From a bacterium (GTDB lineage Bacteria > SAR324 > XYD2-FULL-50-16 > G965216635), in contig OZ244188.1 of assembly GCA_965216635.1 (NCBI GenBank), positions 224,001 to 288,000 on the forward strand: a DNA stretch of 64,000 nt, given 5' to 3'. The notes under the pieces are model-generated. The model did no database searches and had not been told where the DNA came from. It was given only the letters and a program-made list of their open reading frames with translations. Both the position numbers and the translations under genes were made by a program. The first letter of the stretch is position 1. The number at the start of each line of letters is the position of its first letter. This document shows, one piece after another, positions 48,485-58,837 of this stretch.

Positions 48485-49774
48485 ATGGAATCTCAAAAAA
48501 TTATGCAAACAAAAGAAATTATGCAAACAAAAGAAATCATGCAAACAAAAAAAACTATGCAAACAAAAGAAATTGTGAAATTAAGCAAAATAACACTGGC
48601 AATTTTAGCTTCGCTTTCGTGCTTGCTTTTACTTTTTGCGGGAGTAAATAATCTGCAAGCCCAAGAAGCAAGACAGCAAGGTTGGTCTATCGGGGTTAGT
48701 CCCTTTTATCTAGGTGCTAAAATCAAAACCACTACAGAAAACACCACCCTTAGAGAAGTAGTAACAACTGGAACCAGAACATTGGATTCTACGAGTGTGG
48801 CATTCAGTGCGAGTACCACCGATAATGTATCTTCGGGCGAAACTGCAGGTGTAGAGGGTGCATTGTTAGCGACTGGTGCTATAAGTTACAGCTCCAATTA
48901 CAACGCAATAGTAATCGCTGCTGTAGTGAATATTTGTGAAGATGGCACCTACGATAATAGTCCTGGAATCTATTCTTCTCGTCAGTTTGACGCAAATTCT
49001 AATCCAGCATCCTCTACAGCAACGACAGATACAGCTGCCTGTTTCAAGTACTTCCAAGGGCTAGATCTAACCTCTTTTAGTGAATTTTTAACAGGAACAG
49101 TTGTAGATTCTTCCACTACATCTGTTTCCGTTAGCAACGAAAATACCAATTTAGCAGGTAACGGATTGGAACTAGGCTACAGCTTTGAAAAGTTTCGCCT
49201 TTCTTTTAGCCTACACCAATGGAGTGCTGGAGACGATAAACTGAACAGTCAAATGGTGCTGGTGGATTACTTCCTGCCCTACGGGCTTTATGCAGGAGCT
49301 GGTTTAGCCCAAGCCAAGCTAGAAACTCCGCTAGGCTCAGATTCAAAAATAGCCCCCGCCGTTCGTTTTGGCTATAAGCGAAATTTTAGCAAAAACTTTT
49401 CTATAGAAGCGGGACTGCTGTGGGTGGGGACAAAGCTCTCTATAAAACATACCAATGCAGCACCATTAGCAACAACAAGCTCAGCAGCGGAGCCGCTACC
49501 GATTCCTATTACCAGATCTGCATTGGTTGGAGGTCTTATAAATGCTCCAATTAGTAATATTTTATTGTATTTTGTAGATGATAGAAATAATCAATTAAGC
49601 CTCGCAGGAACTACTGATGAAGATAGAAGAATACGAGTAGACGGAACAGTAACTCCAACCTACACTGAAGGACAACAGGAGCCCCTACCCCCAAGAACTG
49701 TACCTACAAAAACAACAATAGAAGTAGAAGCACCAGCTTCTCTTTTTATTCGCTTCGTCTTAAAATTTCGCTAA
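48485..49774 (+). CDS. Outer-membrane beta-barrel protein with two long loop insertions; paralog of the 11664 protein
   Basis: MQTKEI-type N-terminal repeats, signal peptide ending NLQA-Q, GLELGYSF, VLVDYF, AVRFGYK, terminal FVLKFR. Confidence 0.7.
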   Translation: MESQKIMQTKEIMQTKEIMQTKKTMQTKEIVKLSKITLAILASLSCLLLLFAGVNNLQAQEARQQGWSIGVSPFYLGAKIKTTTENTTLREVVTTGTRTLDSTSVAFSASTTDNVSSGETAGVEGALLATGAISYSSNYNAIVIAAVVNICEDGTYDNSPGIYSSRQFDANSNPASSTATTDTAACFKYFQGLDLTSFSEFLTGTVVDSSTTSVSVSNENTNLAGNGLELGYSFEKFRLSFSLHQWSAGDDKLNSQMVLVDYFLPYGLYAGAGLAQAKLETPLGSDSKIAPAVRFGYKRNFSKNFSIEAGLLWVGTKLSIKHTNAAPLATTSSAAEPLPIPITRSALVGGLINAPISNILLYFVDDRNNQLSLAGTTDEDRRIRVDGTVTPTYTEGQQEPLPPRTVPTKTTIEVEAPASLFIRFVLKFR

Positions 49775-49895
49775 AGAAAATATCAAGAAATTTATCGTTT
49801 TTTTTTCTTTAAAGCCTATCAGAATTTTAGACGGTTTTTTATTATTTGCTTGACTTTAGCGGATTTGTTTATTATTATTATAGAAATAAATAATA

Positions 49896-49976
49896 TAGAC
49901 TGTCGTTTTGTCCTATTTGGCAAATAGGACAAAACTAGCTGTTTAGCCTAAACAGAACGCAAATTCAAAAGTCTTA
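49896..49976. mobile_element. Short MITE variant
   Basis: TAGACTGTCGTTTTGTCCTATTTGGCAAATAGGACAAAAC hairpin ... GCAAATTCAAAAGTCTTA. Confidence 0.75.
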
Positions 49977-49991
49977 TTTTTATTTACTGTA

Positions 49992-51245
49992 CTACAGACT
50001 GGAAGTAAAAAGAGCAGGACGACTAGCAGAAAAAGATGAAATAAGAGATTGATAGCTTGTTTTTTCTTGGACAGCTAAATCCACGAGTATTCTTCCGTAG
50101 AGCGGTGTGAATTTAAAACTACGGCCCGAAGAATCGCAAAAAACAGCTGCTTTGGGAAAGTAGTTATCCGACTCTGGTGTAGTAGGTATTCTACTCAATA
50201 TTATTTCTCCATCTGGACTAACAGAATAGGGGCAAGCTGCTTCTAATTGGGGCGTTAAATCTAATACACCTTCTCGGATTCGGTTTTGCAGATGATTTTT
50301 TATATCTTCTATGATTTGGGGATCAAAATTTTCTTTTTTGGCTTGCTCTGGTTTTTCTAGCTTTGTGTTTGTGCAGTCTTTTGCTGTTTTTAGCATTCCT
50401 TTAGTCGCTTCGTTAAAATCCAAATTGGTAATAGCGTAAAAAAGATTTTGGTCTGTCTGTGTAAAATTACCAAATTCATACCAGATAGGCAAACACGATT
50501 GTTCGTAGGATTTTAGCAAAATCTTAAAATAGGCGTAGCTCATCATCCATATTTCCCAGTTTTTAGGAGCTAGTCTGAAATGTTTCAAACATTCGCTCAA
50601 CCAAATTCCAGGGCAGAGAATCAGACTTGTAGTTTGTAGACTTTGGCTCGTCTGCTCTCCTGTGCACTGGAGATGCCATTCTTCCGCTTCCCTTGAAATA
50701 TTTGATACTGTGGTGTTTTCGTAGATGCTCAAATTCCCTGTTTTCAAGCCGTATTCTTTCAAAACAGAAAAAGAGCTGGTTAAATCAATAGAGGCTGCGT
50801 TGTTTTGTAGCATCCCTACATATTCTTTCGGAAATTTATTGCAATCAAAAATGGGAAAGGCTTCTGCTATTTCTTGCGGTGATTTGAAGTATTGGTAAGG
50901 AATACCCATTTCTTGCATTTGGGTTTTTACTTTTAATATGCTATTTTCATAAGGGTTGTATCCTTGCTCGTATCCAAAAAATAATAGGCTGTTTTCTGCT
51001 AGTATTTTTCTTTGTGCCATTTTTTCTAGTTCGTACCAGCCTGCAAGGGAGGCTTCTGCTAACCTGACTTTTTCTTCTTTGGAGTAAAGAATACGAAAGC
51101 ACCTATCAAATCCTCGTGAGCTATTTTTGTCACTATGAATCTGGTGCTGTTCTATTAAGGCAGTTTTTAATCCTCGTTTTGCAGAGTTGAAAGCAGCTGA
51201 TAGTCCTATAGTGCCTCCTCCTATTACAATAAGATCGTATTTCAT
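49992..51245 (-). CDS. FAD-dependent oxidoreductase, monomeric sarcosine oxidase/SolA-like
   Basis: VIGGGTIG, SSRG..R, CPYSVSPDG, G.SFKFTP. Confidence 0.8.
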   Translation of the reverse strand: MKYDLIVIGGGTIGLSAAFNSAKRGLKTALIEQHQIHSDKNSSRGFDRCFRILYSKEEKVRLAEASLAGWYELEKMAQRKILAENSLLFFGYEQGYNPYENSILKVKTQMQEMGIPYQYFKSPQEIAEAFPIFDCNKFPKEYVGMLQNNAASIDLTSSFSVLKEYGLKTGNLSIYENTTVSNISREAEEWHLQCTGEQTSQSLQTTSLILCPGIWLSECLKHFRLAPKNWEIWMMSYAYFKILLKSYEQSCLPIWYEFGNFTQTDQNLFYAITNLDFNEATKGMLKTAKDCTNTKLEKPEQAKKENFDPQIIEDIKNHLQNRIREGVLDLTPQLEAACPYSVSPDGEIILSRIPTTPESDNYFPKAAVFCDSSGRSFKFTPLYGRILVDLAVQEKTSYQSLISSFSASRPALFTSSL

Positions 51246-51631
51246 AAAAAAATAGTTCGTGTGAGGTAAATACCCAACAAAGTAGCCAACAGGGCGCAAA
51301 AAACATTCAATACTAAATTACTTATAGCGTAAAAATAATTTCCTTGCCCTAAAAGTTGGATGGTTTCCAAAGAAAAAGTTGAAAAAGTAGTTAAAGCTCC
51401 TAAAAAACCTACCTTCAAAAAAAGATGCCAAGCCTCGCTTAAAGCGAGTTTTTGGGTGGCTATTACAAAAACAACGCCTAGCAAAAAAGAGCCTAGTAAA
51501 TTTGCAGTTAAAGTTGCCCAAGGAAAAAAAATAGCGGAGTTTTTTTGTACAAAGACAGAAATTGTATAACGTCCTAAAGAGCCTAAAGCTCCGCCAAAAG
51601 CTACAGCTAGAATTATATTGATCTTAAACAT
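51242..51631 (-). CDS. crcB: Fluoride channel Fluc
   Basis: GGALGSLGRY, PWATL.AN..GSF, GFLGALTTFSTF. Confidence 0.93.
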   Translation of the reverse strand: MFKINIILAVAFGGALGSLGRYTISVFVQKNSAIFFPWATLTANLLGSFLLGVVFVIATQKLALSEAWHLFLKVGFLGALTTFSTFSLETIQLLGQGNYFYAISNLVLNVFCALLATLLGIYLTRTIFL

Positions 51632-51854
51632 CTTTTACTGTTTTTTTCTTAAAATAAATTGAGACACTTATACAAGTGTTTTGGCTAAACAAGCTAAGCT
51701 AATCTATTTAAGTTTTTTTTGCAAAGCCATCAAAAAAGTCACAATTTGAGAATTTTTACAGCGGCAGTTTTTTTTTATTAGTATTGTTTGACGAAAGGTT
51801 TTATTTTTAGTATTCTTTAAAGAAATTTTAAGAAACTAATCAGATAAAAATACT

Positions 51855-52034
51855 ATGGCTGTTCCTAAAAGAAGAAAATCTCACAGCACAACAAGGCAAG
51901 GTAGAAATCATAAAAATATGAAATTTATCACTTTAACTCCTTGTTCTCATTGCGGAGAATTAAAATTACCGCATGTGGTGTGTGGTGCTTGTGGTTATTA
52001 TAACAATAAACTTATTAGGGAGGTAGCTTCCTAA
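51855..52034 (+). CDS. rpmF: 50S ribosomal protein L32
   Basis: Manual translation MAVPKRRKS...CSHCG..KLPHVVCGACGYY; upstream of plsX. Confidence 0.95.
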   Translation: MAVPKRRKSHSTTRQGRNHKNMKFITLTPCSHCGELKLPHVVCGACGYYNNKLIREVAS

Positions 52035-52064
52035 CTAGTAGACCCAACTAATTTTCCTAACTAA

Positions 52065-52371
52065 TAGACCTTTGAATTTGCCAAATAGAACAAAACTAGC
52101 TGTGATGGCTAGCCAAATGGTTATAACAGGTGCGAAAATTTACAAAAAAGCGGAGCATACACGGTAGTATGTGAGTGTTTTTTGTAAATTTTTAATGGCG
52201 TAGTGCCACAATATAACGGGATCAGGGCACTACAAAACTTAAAGCTAGCACAATATAGACTGCAAAAGAGCCACTAACAAAAGAGCCAGTGGCTCTTTTG
52301 CTAAAGCCTGTATTGGCGTAAAAGCAATAAGCTTGTTTTGGCTAAACTAGACAAGCAAATTCAAAAGTCTA
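52065..52371. mobile_element. Longest MITE copy (307 bp)
   Basis: Family TIRs; alternative internal module GAGCATACACGGTAGTATGTGAG. Confidence 0.85.
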
Positions 52372-52381
52372 ACTAATTTGA

Positions 52382-53371
52382 ATGATAGGTTTAGATGTCA
52401 TGGGGGGAGATTTTTCTCCAGAAGTCCCTATTAGAGCTGCGATCCAAACAGTGCAAAAGCATAAAATCCCTATTCTTTTAATAGGCGATAAGTCTTTGAT
52501 TGAGGAGCAGTTGAAAATACAAAATTACAAAGGAAATTTGTTATCTGTTTTTCATACAGAGGATTTTGTAAGTATGGAAGATTCAGTTTTACACGCTCTT
52601 AGAAAAAAAGAATCTTCTTTATACAAGGCTTTTGCGTTGCACAAAGAAAAAGAAATACAAGGCGTTGTTAGTGCGGGAAATTCTGCTGCATTTTTGGCGA
52701 TTGGCAAATGCATTCTCAAATCTATAGAAGGGATTGATAGACCTTGCATTAGTGCGGTTATGCCTCATCTAAAGGGGAGATTAGTCTTTTTGGATGCTGG
52801 AGCTAATACAGATTGTGAAGCAAAACATCTATTGCAATTTTCTATTTTAGGCTCTATCTATGCTACTGAGTTTTTAAATATTTCCAAACCTAAGGTTGCT
52901 CTTTTGAATATTGGATCAGAAAAAGGCAAAGGGAATAGGGTGGTAAAAGAAGCTTATGATCTTTTAGAAAAGGCTCCTATTCATTTTATTGGTAATATAG
53001 AGGGAAAAATTTTTTTTAGCGGAGAAGCGGATGTGGTGGTAGCAGATGGTTTTGTTGGCAATGTTTTGTTGAAATCTGTAGAAGGATCCGCTAGTTTTAT
53101 GAAGAATTTAGCTAAAAAACATTTCACAGAATCCTTGCTGAGTAAATTGGGAAGTGTTTTTCTTATGAGAAGTATAAAAAAAATCCAAAAAACTATAGAT
53201 TATGCGGAATATGGCGGAGCTCCTCTTTTGGGGTTGAATGGAGTAGCTATAGTTTGCCACGGTGCTTCTCGGGACGATGCTATTGTCTACGCTTTGCGTT
53301 TAGCTCAAAAGAGTGCTGATTGTGGGTATGTTCGCCAAGTTACGGAGAAAATTTTTAATCTTAATTTTTAA
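52382..53371 (+). CDS. plsX: Phosphate acyltransferase
   Basis: DVMGGDFSP, SAGNS, LDAGAN, DGFVGN..LKS.EG, YGGAPLLG. Confidence 0.95.
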   Translation: MIGLDVMGGDFSPEVPIRAAIQTVQKHKIPILLIGDKSLIEEQLKIQNYKGNLLSVFHTEDFVSMEDSVLHALRKKESSLYKAFALHKEKEIQGVVSAGNSAAFLAIGKCILKSIEGIDRPCISAVMPHLKGRLVFLDAGANTDCEAKHLLQFSILGSIYATEFLNISKPKVALLNIGSEKGKGNRVVKEAYDLLEKAPIHFIGNIEGKIFFSGEADVVVADGFVGNVLLKSVEGSASFMKNLAKKHFTESLLSKLGSVFLMRSIKKIQKTIDYAEYGGAPLLGLNGVAIVCHGASRDDAIVYALRLAQKSADCGYVRQVTEKIFNLNF

Positions 53372-53387
53372 TTACTTTAAAAAATCT

Positions 53388-54311
53388 ATGTCTATTGCGT
53401 TTCTTTTTGCGGGGCAAGGATCTCAAAAAGTGGGTATGGGAAAATCTTTTGCCGATGATTCTCTTTGCCAAGAATCTTTTCAGATAGCAAATCAAGCATT
53501 AGGCTATGATTTACAAAAAATTTGCTGGGAGGGACCTGAAGATAAACTGACTCTTTCTGAAAACGCACAGCCTGCTATTTTAACAGTAGCTATTATTGCC
53601 TACCGAATATTTACCCAAATGCATAAAATTCAACCTAGTCTTATGGCTGGACATTCTTTAGGTGAATATAGTGCTTTAGTTGCTTCTGAAGTTTTAGATT
53701 TAGCAGACGCAGTGAAATTAGTGCATAAAAGAGGACAGTTGATGCAAGAGGCAGTACCCGCTGGAGTAGGAGCAATGGCCGCAGTGTTGGGAAAAAGCAA
53801 CGAAGAAATTAAGTTACTTTGCTCACAAATAAGCAGCGCAGAAAAAATGGTTTCGGCTGCGAATTTTAATTGCAATGGACAGGTTGTGGTCTCAGGACAT
53901 AAAGAAGCAGTTTTAGAGCTTTTAGAACAGGTGAAAGGTAAGATGCTTCAAGTCAGTGCCCCTTTCCATTGCCCTTTAATGAGTCCAGTAAAAGAAAAAT
54001 TTGCTCCGTTTTTAAAGGAAGTTACTTTTAAGGACGCTAAAACAGCTATAGTCAATAATGTTCGTGGTGACATTCAAGAAAAAGCAGATAGTTTTCAAGA
54101 ATCTCTGTTGAGTCAAATAGATAGTGCGGTTCTCTGGGAAAGTGGTATCCAAAAAATGCTTCAAAAAGGAATAAAAAATTTTTTAGAATTTGGAGAAGGC
54201 AAAGTTCTTACAAATCTCTTGAAAAGAATAGATAAAGAGGCTATGTTTGTGAATGTAAATTCTTTAGAGGCAATAAACGAATATAGACTGTCGTATTTGC
54301 ATTCTGTTTAG
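53388..54311 (+). CDS. fabD: Malonyl-CoA:ACP transacylase
   Basis: GQGSQ, GHSLGEY, SAPFH; last residues are MITE-derived. Confidence 0.95.
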   Translation: MSIAFLFAGQGSQKVGMGKSFADDSLCQESFQIANQALGYDLQKICWEGPEDKLTLSENAQPAILTVAIIAYRIFTQMHKIQPSLMAGHSLGEYSALVASEVLDLADAVKLVHKRGQLMQEAVPAGVGAMAAVLGKSNEEIKLLCSQISSAEKMVSAANFNCNGQVVVSGHKEAVLELLEQVKGKMLQVSAPFHCPLMSPVKEKFAPFLKEVTFKDAKTAIVNNVRGDIQEKADSFQESLLSQIDSAVLWESGIQKMLQKGIKNFLEFGEGKVLTNLLKRIDKEAMFVNVNSLEAINEYRLSYLHSV

Positions 54312-54482
54312 CCAAAACAAGCTTATTGCTTTAAATAGGTTATGGGCTATAGTAAAAGCTCCACAAAGCAAAAAGAGTAAAAATTTAGCGTTAAGCAAAA
54401 ACGAACTGCCAAAAGGCACTTTGGCAATAATCTGTCTGAAGTTTAAAACAAAAACGTCACATTGGCGAAATTCAAAGTTCTA
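54284..54482. mobile_element. MITE copy overlapping the fabD 3' end
   Basis: TAGACTGTCGTATTTGCATTCTGTTTAGCC ... GCGAAATTCAAAGTTCTA. Confidence 0.8.
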
Positions 54483-54535
54483 GGATATACAGAACCTTTG
54501 CATTAAAGGTTTAAAATAGATAAAAAACATATAAG

Positions 54536-55276
54536 ATGTTAGATTTAAAAAATAAAGTAGCTTTCATCACGGGAGCAAATAGAGGCATAGGGAAAGCTTG
54601 TGCTTTGAAATTAGCAAAAAATGGTTGTAAGATAGCTTTTTTGAATAGAGATGAAGCTTCTGCAAAAACAGCACAGCAAGAAATTTCAGCTTTGGGAGTA
54701 GACTGTATCTATTTTAATGGTGATATTACAGATTCCAAAATGGTAGAAAAATCGGTATCGTCTACTATAGAACGGTTTGCTAAAATTGATTTTTTGATTA
54801 ACAATGCAGGACTTACCCAAGATACTTTATTCATTAGAATGACAGAAGAGCATTGGGATAAAGTTTTGAATGTAAATTTAAAAGGATTGTTTTTTGTTTC
54901 TAGAGAAGTAGCCAAATACATGATGAAAGCGAGAAGTGGCAGGATTATCAATATAGGCTCTATTGTAGGGCATACTGGAAATCCAGCTCAAGTCAATTAC
55001 TCCTCTAGTAAAGCAGCACTTGTTGGCTTTACAAAATCTATTGCTTTAGAGTTGGCAGCTAGGAATATTTTATGCAATTTAATATCGCCGGGTTTTATAG
55101 AAACGGATATGACCGATAAACTTAACGAAAAACAAAAAGAAGATATTTTAAACAAAATTCCTTTAAAAAAAATAGGAACCGCAGAATATATTGCGAATGG
55201 AGTGCTTTTTTTATGTTCTCCTATGTCTGATTATATAACTGGCACTACTTTGCATATTAATGGAGGTTTGTTATGA
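54536..55276 (+). CDS. fabG: 3-oxoacyl-ACP reductase
   Basis: TGANRGIG, NNAG, NYSSSK; fab operon context. Confidence 0.93.
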   Translation: MLDLKNKVAFITGANRGIGKACALKLAKNGCKIAFLNRDEASAKTAQQEISALGVDCIYFNGDITDSKMVEKSVSSTIERFAKIDFLINNAGLTQDTLFIRMTEEHWDKVLNVNLKGLFFVSREVAKYMMKARSGRIINIGSIVGHTGNPAQVNYSSSKAALVGFTKSIALELAARNILCNLISPGFIETDMTDKLNEKQKEDILNKIPLKKIGTAEYIANGVLFLCSPMSDYITGTTLHINGGLL

Positions 55277-55334
55277 TAAAATCTTATGGTGATTTTTTTA
55301 TTTAAACTTAATAATAACTTAAACTTAATAAAAA

Positions 55335-55571
55335 ATGAGTGATCAATTTGAAGATATAAAAAAAATAATTGTAGATCAATTGGGAGTGGAAGAAAGTAAA
55401 GTTGTTCCTGAAGCAAAATTTATAGATGATTTAGGAGCAGATTCTCTAGATATAGTAGAGCTAATTATGGCGTTTGAAGAAAAATTTCAGGTAGAAATTT
55501 CTGAGACAGAAGCGGAAAACATCCAAACCGTCCAAACTGTGATGGATTATTTGGAAAAGTCTACCAGTTAA
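55335..55571 (+). CDS. acpP: Acyl carrier protein
   Basis: [12 protein letters not shown]. Confidence 0.97.
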   Translation: MSDQFEDIKKIIVDQLGVEESKVVPEAKFIDDLGADSLDIVELIMAFEEKFQVEISETEAENIQTVQTVMDYLEKSTS

Positions 55572-55627
55572 CAATACGAGAGCATTGCATTAGATAGTAG
55601 CTAGGCGAAGCGTTCACCTTTTTAAAA

Positions 55628-56860
55628 ATGGAGAGAAAAGTAGTAGTAACAGGGATAGGTAGTATTAACGCACTAGGTAATTCTTTGACAGAAAGTTGGA
55701 GAAAAGCAGCTGCGGGTATAGGTGGTATTGATACTATCACGAAATTTGATGCTTCTGAGTTTAAAAGTCAGATGGCAGCAGAAGTAAAAGGATTTGATCC
55801 CTCTGCGGTGATTCCCCATAAAGAACTAAAAAAACTAGGTCTTTTTATCCAATACTCTCTTTGTGCTACTAAAGAAGCACTAGAAGATGCCAATTTAACT
55901 ATTACTGAAGAAATTGCAGAATCTGTTGGTGCTTTAGTGGGAGTAGGTATAGGAGATTTAGATTATATCTATAGAACTTCTGTTTTGATTAAAGATGGCA
56001 GACAAAACAGAGTATCCCCTTTTTTTATTCCAGCGACTCTGCCTAATATGGCATCAGGACAAATTTCCATTTTTTTTGGAGCTAAAAACTACAATGCTTC
56101 TGTTGTTTCAGCCTGTTCTTCTTCTAATCATTCCATAGGCGATTCTGCGAAAATCATTAAAAGAGGAGATGCTCAGGTAATGATTTGCGGTGGTGCAGAA
56201 TCTACTATTTGCTCTTTAGCTATTGGAGGTTTTGCCGCAATGCGGGCTTTATCCTGTCGTAATGACAGTCCTAAAACAGCTAGTCGTCCTTATGATACAG
56301 GTAGAGATGGTTTTGTTTTGGGAGAAGGTAGCGGTATTTTGATTTTAGAAGACGAAGAATTTGCCAAAAGTAGAGGAGCGAAAATTTATGCAGAAATAGC
56401 AGGGTATGGTTTTAGTGCTGATTCTTTTCATATGACTGCTCCTTCTTTGGAGGGACCAGCTCAATCTATGAAAATGGCTCTTAAAAATGCTCGAATCAAT
56501 ACTTCAGAAATAGACTACATTAACGCACACGGTACTTCCACCCCATTAGGAGACAAAAACGAAATCAAAGCTATTAAATCCGTTTTTGGAGAATATGCTA
56601 AAAAAATATCTATTAGTGCGACAAAATCTATGCACGGACATGTGCTAGGAGGTGCTGGAGGAATTGAAGCAGCTCTTAGTCTTAAAGCTATGCAGGAAGG
56701 AATAGTTCCTCCCACTATCAATATTGAAAATCTTGATCCAGAATGCGACCTAGATGTCACACCCAACAAAGCCAAAGAAAGAAAAATAGATGCGTTAATG
56801 AGCAACAGTTTTGGTTTTGGAGGCACCAATGCTACTCTTATCTTCAAGAAATACAGTTGA
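55628..56860 (+). CDS. fabF: 3-oxoacyl-ACP synthase II
   Basis: SACSS, NAHGTST, KSMHGH, SNSFGFGGTN. Confidence 0.95.
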   Translation: MERKVVVTGIGSINALGNSLTESWRKAAAGIGGIDTITKFDASEFKSQMAAEVKGFDPSAVIPHKELKKLGLFIQYSLCATKEALEDANLTITEEIAESVGALVGVGIGDLDYIYRTSVLIKDGRQNRVSPFFIPATLPNMASGQISIFFGAKNYNASVVSACSSSNHSIGDSAKIIKRGDAQVMICGGAESTICSLAIGGFAAMRALSCRNDSPKTASRPYDTGRDGFVLGEGSGILILEDEEFAKSRGAKIYAEIAGYGFSADSFHMTAPSLEGPAQSMKMALKNARINTSEIDYINAHGTSTPLGDKNEIKAIKSVFGEYAKKISISATKSMHGHVLGGAGGIEAALSLKAMQEGIVPPTINIENLDPECDLDVTPNKAKERKIDALMSNSFGFGGTNATLIFKKYS

Positions 56861-57531
56861 GTATTCAAGAGAACTATCTGAAAATCCTAGAAAAAATTCA
56901 AAAATGCAAAGAGTTCACAGAGCGTGTGAAATTAGTTGCTGTTTCTAAATTTAAGCCCTATTTAGATATGCTGCAGCTTTATCAAGCAGGGCATAGAATA
57001 TTTGCAGAAAGTAGAATCCAAGAAGCAAGAGATAAAAAACCTTATTTGCCGCAAGACCTTAGGCTTCATTTTGTGGGTAGGGTACAAACCAATAAAGTCA
57101 AATATATTCCTAGTATTTTTAATACTGTGCATTCTCTTTCTGATTTAAAAGTAGCTCAGATTTTAGAGCAAAAATGTTTGGAGCAAGATAAAAAAATGGA
57201 GGTTTTGCTACAGATGAATCTCTGTCAAGAACAACAAAAAAGCGGTTTATTGAATTACGAGGAACTTGCTCTATTAGGGACAGAATTATTAAAGCTGAAA
57301 CAGCTCAAACTCGTTGGTTTAATGACTATTCCAGCCTTCAATCTTAATACAAAAGAAACTACTAAAATCTACTCCAAATTGCGAGAGCATAAAGAAAAAT
57401 TAGCAAGAGAATTAGGTATAGAAACACAACTCACAGAGCTTTCTATGGGTATGAGTGGAGATTTTGAAATAGCCATAGAGGAAGGAGCGACCTATGTGCG
57501 CATCGGCACGGCGTTATTTGGCGAACGTTAA
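56857..57531 (+). CDS. yggS: PLP homeostasis protein
   Basis: LVAVSK, HFVG..QTNK, GLMTI, LSMGMSGD, VRIGTALFG; likely TTG start overlapping the fabF stop. Confidence 0.9.
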   Translation: MSIQENYLKILEKIQKCKEFTERVKLVAVSKFKPYLDMLQLYQAGHRIFAESRIQEARDKKPYLPQDLRLHFVGRVQTNKVKYIPSIFNTVHSLSDLKVAQILEQKCLEQDKKMEVLLQMNLCQEQQKSGLLNYEELALLGTELLKLKQLKLVGLMTIPAFNLNTKETTKIYSKLREHKEKLARELGIETQLTELSMGMSGDFEIAIEEGATYVRIGTALFGER

Positions 57532-57603
57532 TTCAACAGACGCGAGAATGTCTCTAAAAGCCTTATAATATTGATTGAAATTATAAGGTAAGTAATATTT
57601 TTA

Positions 57604-58320
57604 TTAAAATAATTTTGGGAGTGTATCCCTTGTGTGATTTTTACACAACAATCCAGCTGAGTAGTTTTGTTTTAATAAACTACGATCAATTATGCTGATA
57701 AAATTTTGTTGGGAATTTAATGCATTATCAAATAAATTAAGTTGAAGTAATGATACCAACAAAGCACAAGTTCTAGCTTGGCAAGCTATGGACTTTTTAG
57801 GGTTAAATTCAATATCTGTAAAACCTTTAAATTTTAATAGTTTTTCTAGATAATCTTGATGAGGGTGAAGGGCAGTGAGGTACAACCAATCATAAAATGC
57901 AGTCTCTGGTTTCAATGACCATTTTTGTCCAAAATAATCAAATCCAATAAGTTTTCCTGATTCTTTAAGTATAAGGTCTTGTCTTGCTGATCTACTATCT
58001 TTTTCATAAATATCTGTATAAGGTCCTCCTTGTTCAAATACTTTACTCCCTTGATAAGCAGATTCAATGCTTATATATCCTCTACTAGTTTTTATTTTTA
58101 GATTGAATGCACTCAATCGCTTTCCGAGCAATACTTCAGATTTTGTAGAAGCCTCTAATAATGGCAACAAGCCTTTTTTTTTTGCTGCTTTATGTAGGGC
58201 TGCAATATTTTTTTTCTTTTGTTCAACTGCAAAGCCAGGGTTCCATTCAAACTCAACTTGCAGTTCTTCAACTAGATTTTCTGTTTTACCAACAGGAATA
58301 AATACGGGTCGTTTAGCCAT
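57604..58320 (-). CDS. Putative DarT-associated NADAR-like antitoxin
   Basis: MAKRPVFIP, LSAFNL, ESAYQGSKVF, FYDWLY, FTDIEFNP; directly downstream of darT. Confidence 0.7.
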   Translation of the reverse strand: MAKRPVFIPVGKTENLVEELQVEFEWNPGFAVEQKKKNIAALHKAAKKKGLLPLLEASTKSEVLLGKRLSAFNLKIKTSRGYISIESAYQGSKVFEQGGPYTDIYEKDSRSARQDLILKESGKLIGFDYFGQKWSLKPETAFYDWLYLTALHPHQDYLEKLLKFKGFTDIEFNPKKSIACQARTCALLVSLLQLNLFDNALNSQQNFISIIDRSLLKQNYSAGLLCKNHTRDTLPKLF

Positions 58321-58837
58321 TTTCAATACTTATAATCATATTTAATGGAATACAATCAGGGACAAGAATTTCTGATTTTACTGCTAATCTACGTCGCTTT
58401 TTAATCTCTGGGTCATTCCAATCCATACCTTTGTACTTGAAAATGACATCAAAATCAATTCTTTTTTCTGCCTCCTCTGATGTAAAAAGAATAGCATCTG
58501 ATTTATTGGCTACCTCAGAGCAAAATTGTATCCCTTCTTGTAAAAGTATAGAAGATTTAATTTTCAACCACTTTGGATTTTTTATCCTTTGCTTTGATTT
58601 TACTGTATAGAGCATTGGATGTTCCTTGATAAATGTTAAATGCACAAATTTATGTAGATTTTTTTGTTTATCTGCATCATGACTCCATTTATTTCCTCCA
58701 AAAACAGGGTGAATTTGTTGCCTTTCAATTTCTTCTAAAGAAAATATACCTTTATGTTTCTTTATTAACGCAATATTTGATTCTTCCGTAAAATGCCAGA
58801 CGCTATTAATTATATATTTTTTAATTATTTCTTTCAT
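58313..58837 (-). CDS. darT: DarT (DUF4433) DNA ADP-ribosyltransferase toxin
   Basis: WHFT..N, HPMLY, AN, catalytic SEILVP..IP. Confidence 0.75.
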   Translation of the reverse strand: MKEIIKKYIINSVWHFTEESNIALIKKHKGIFSLEEIERQQIHPVFGGNKWSHDADKQKNLHKFVHLTFIKEHPMLYTVKSKQRIKNPKWLKIKSSILLQEGIQFCSEVANKSDAILFTSEEAEKRIDFDVIFKYKGMDWNDPEIKKRRRLAVKSEILVPDCIPLNMIISIENG

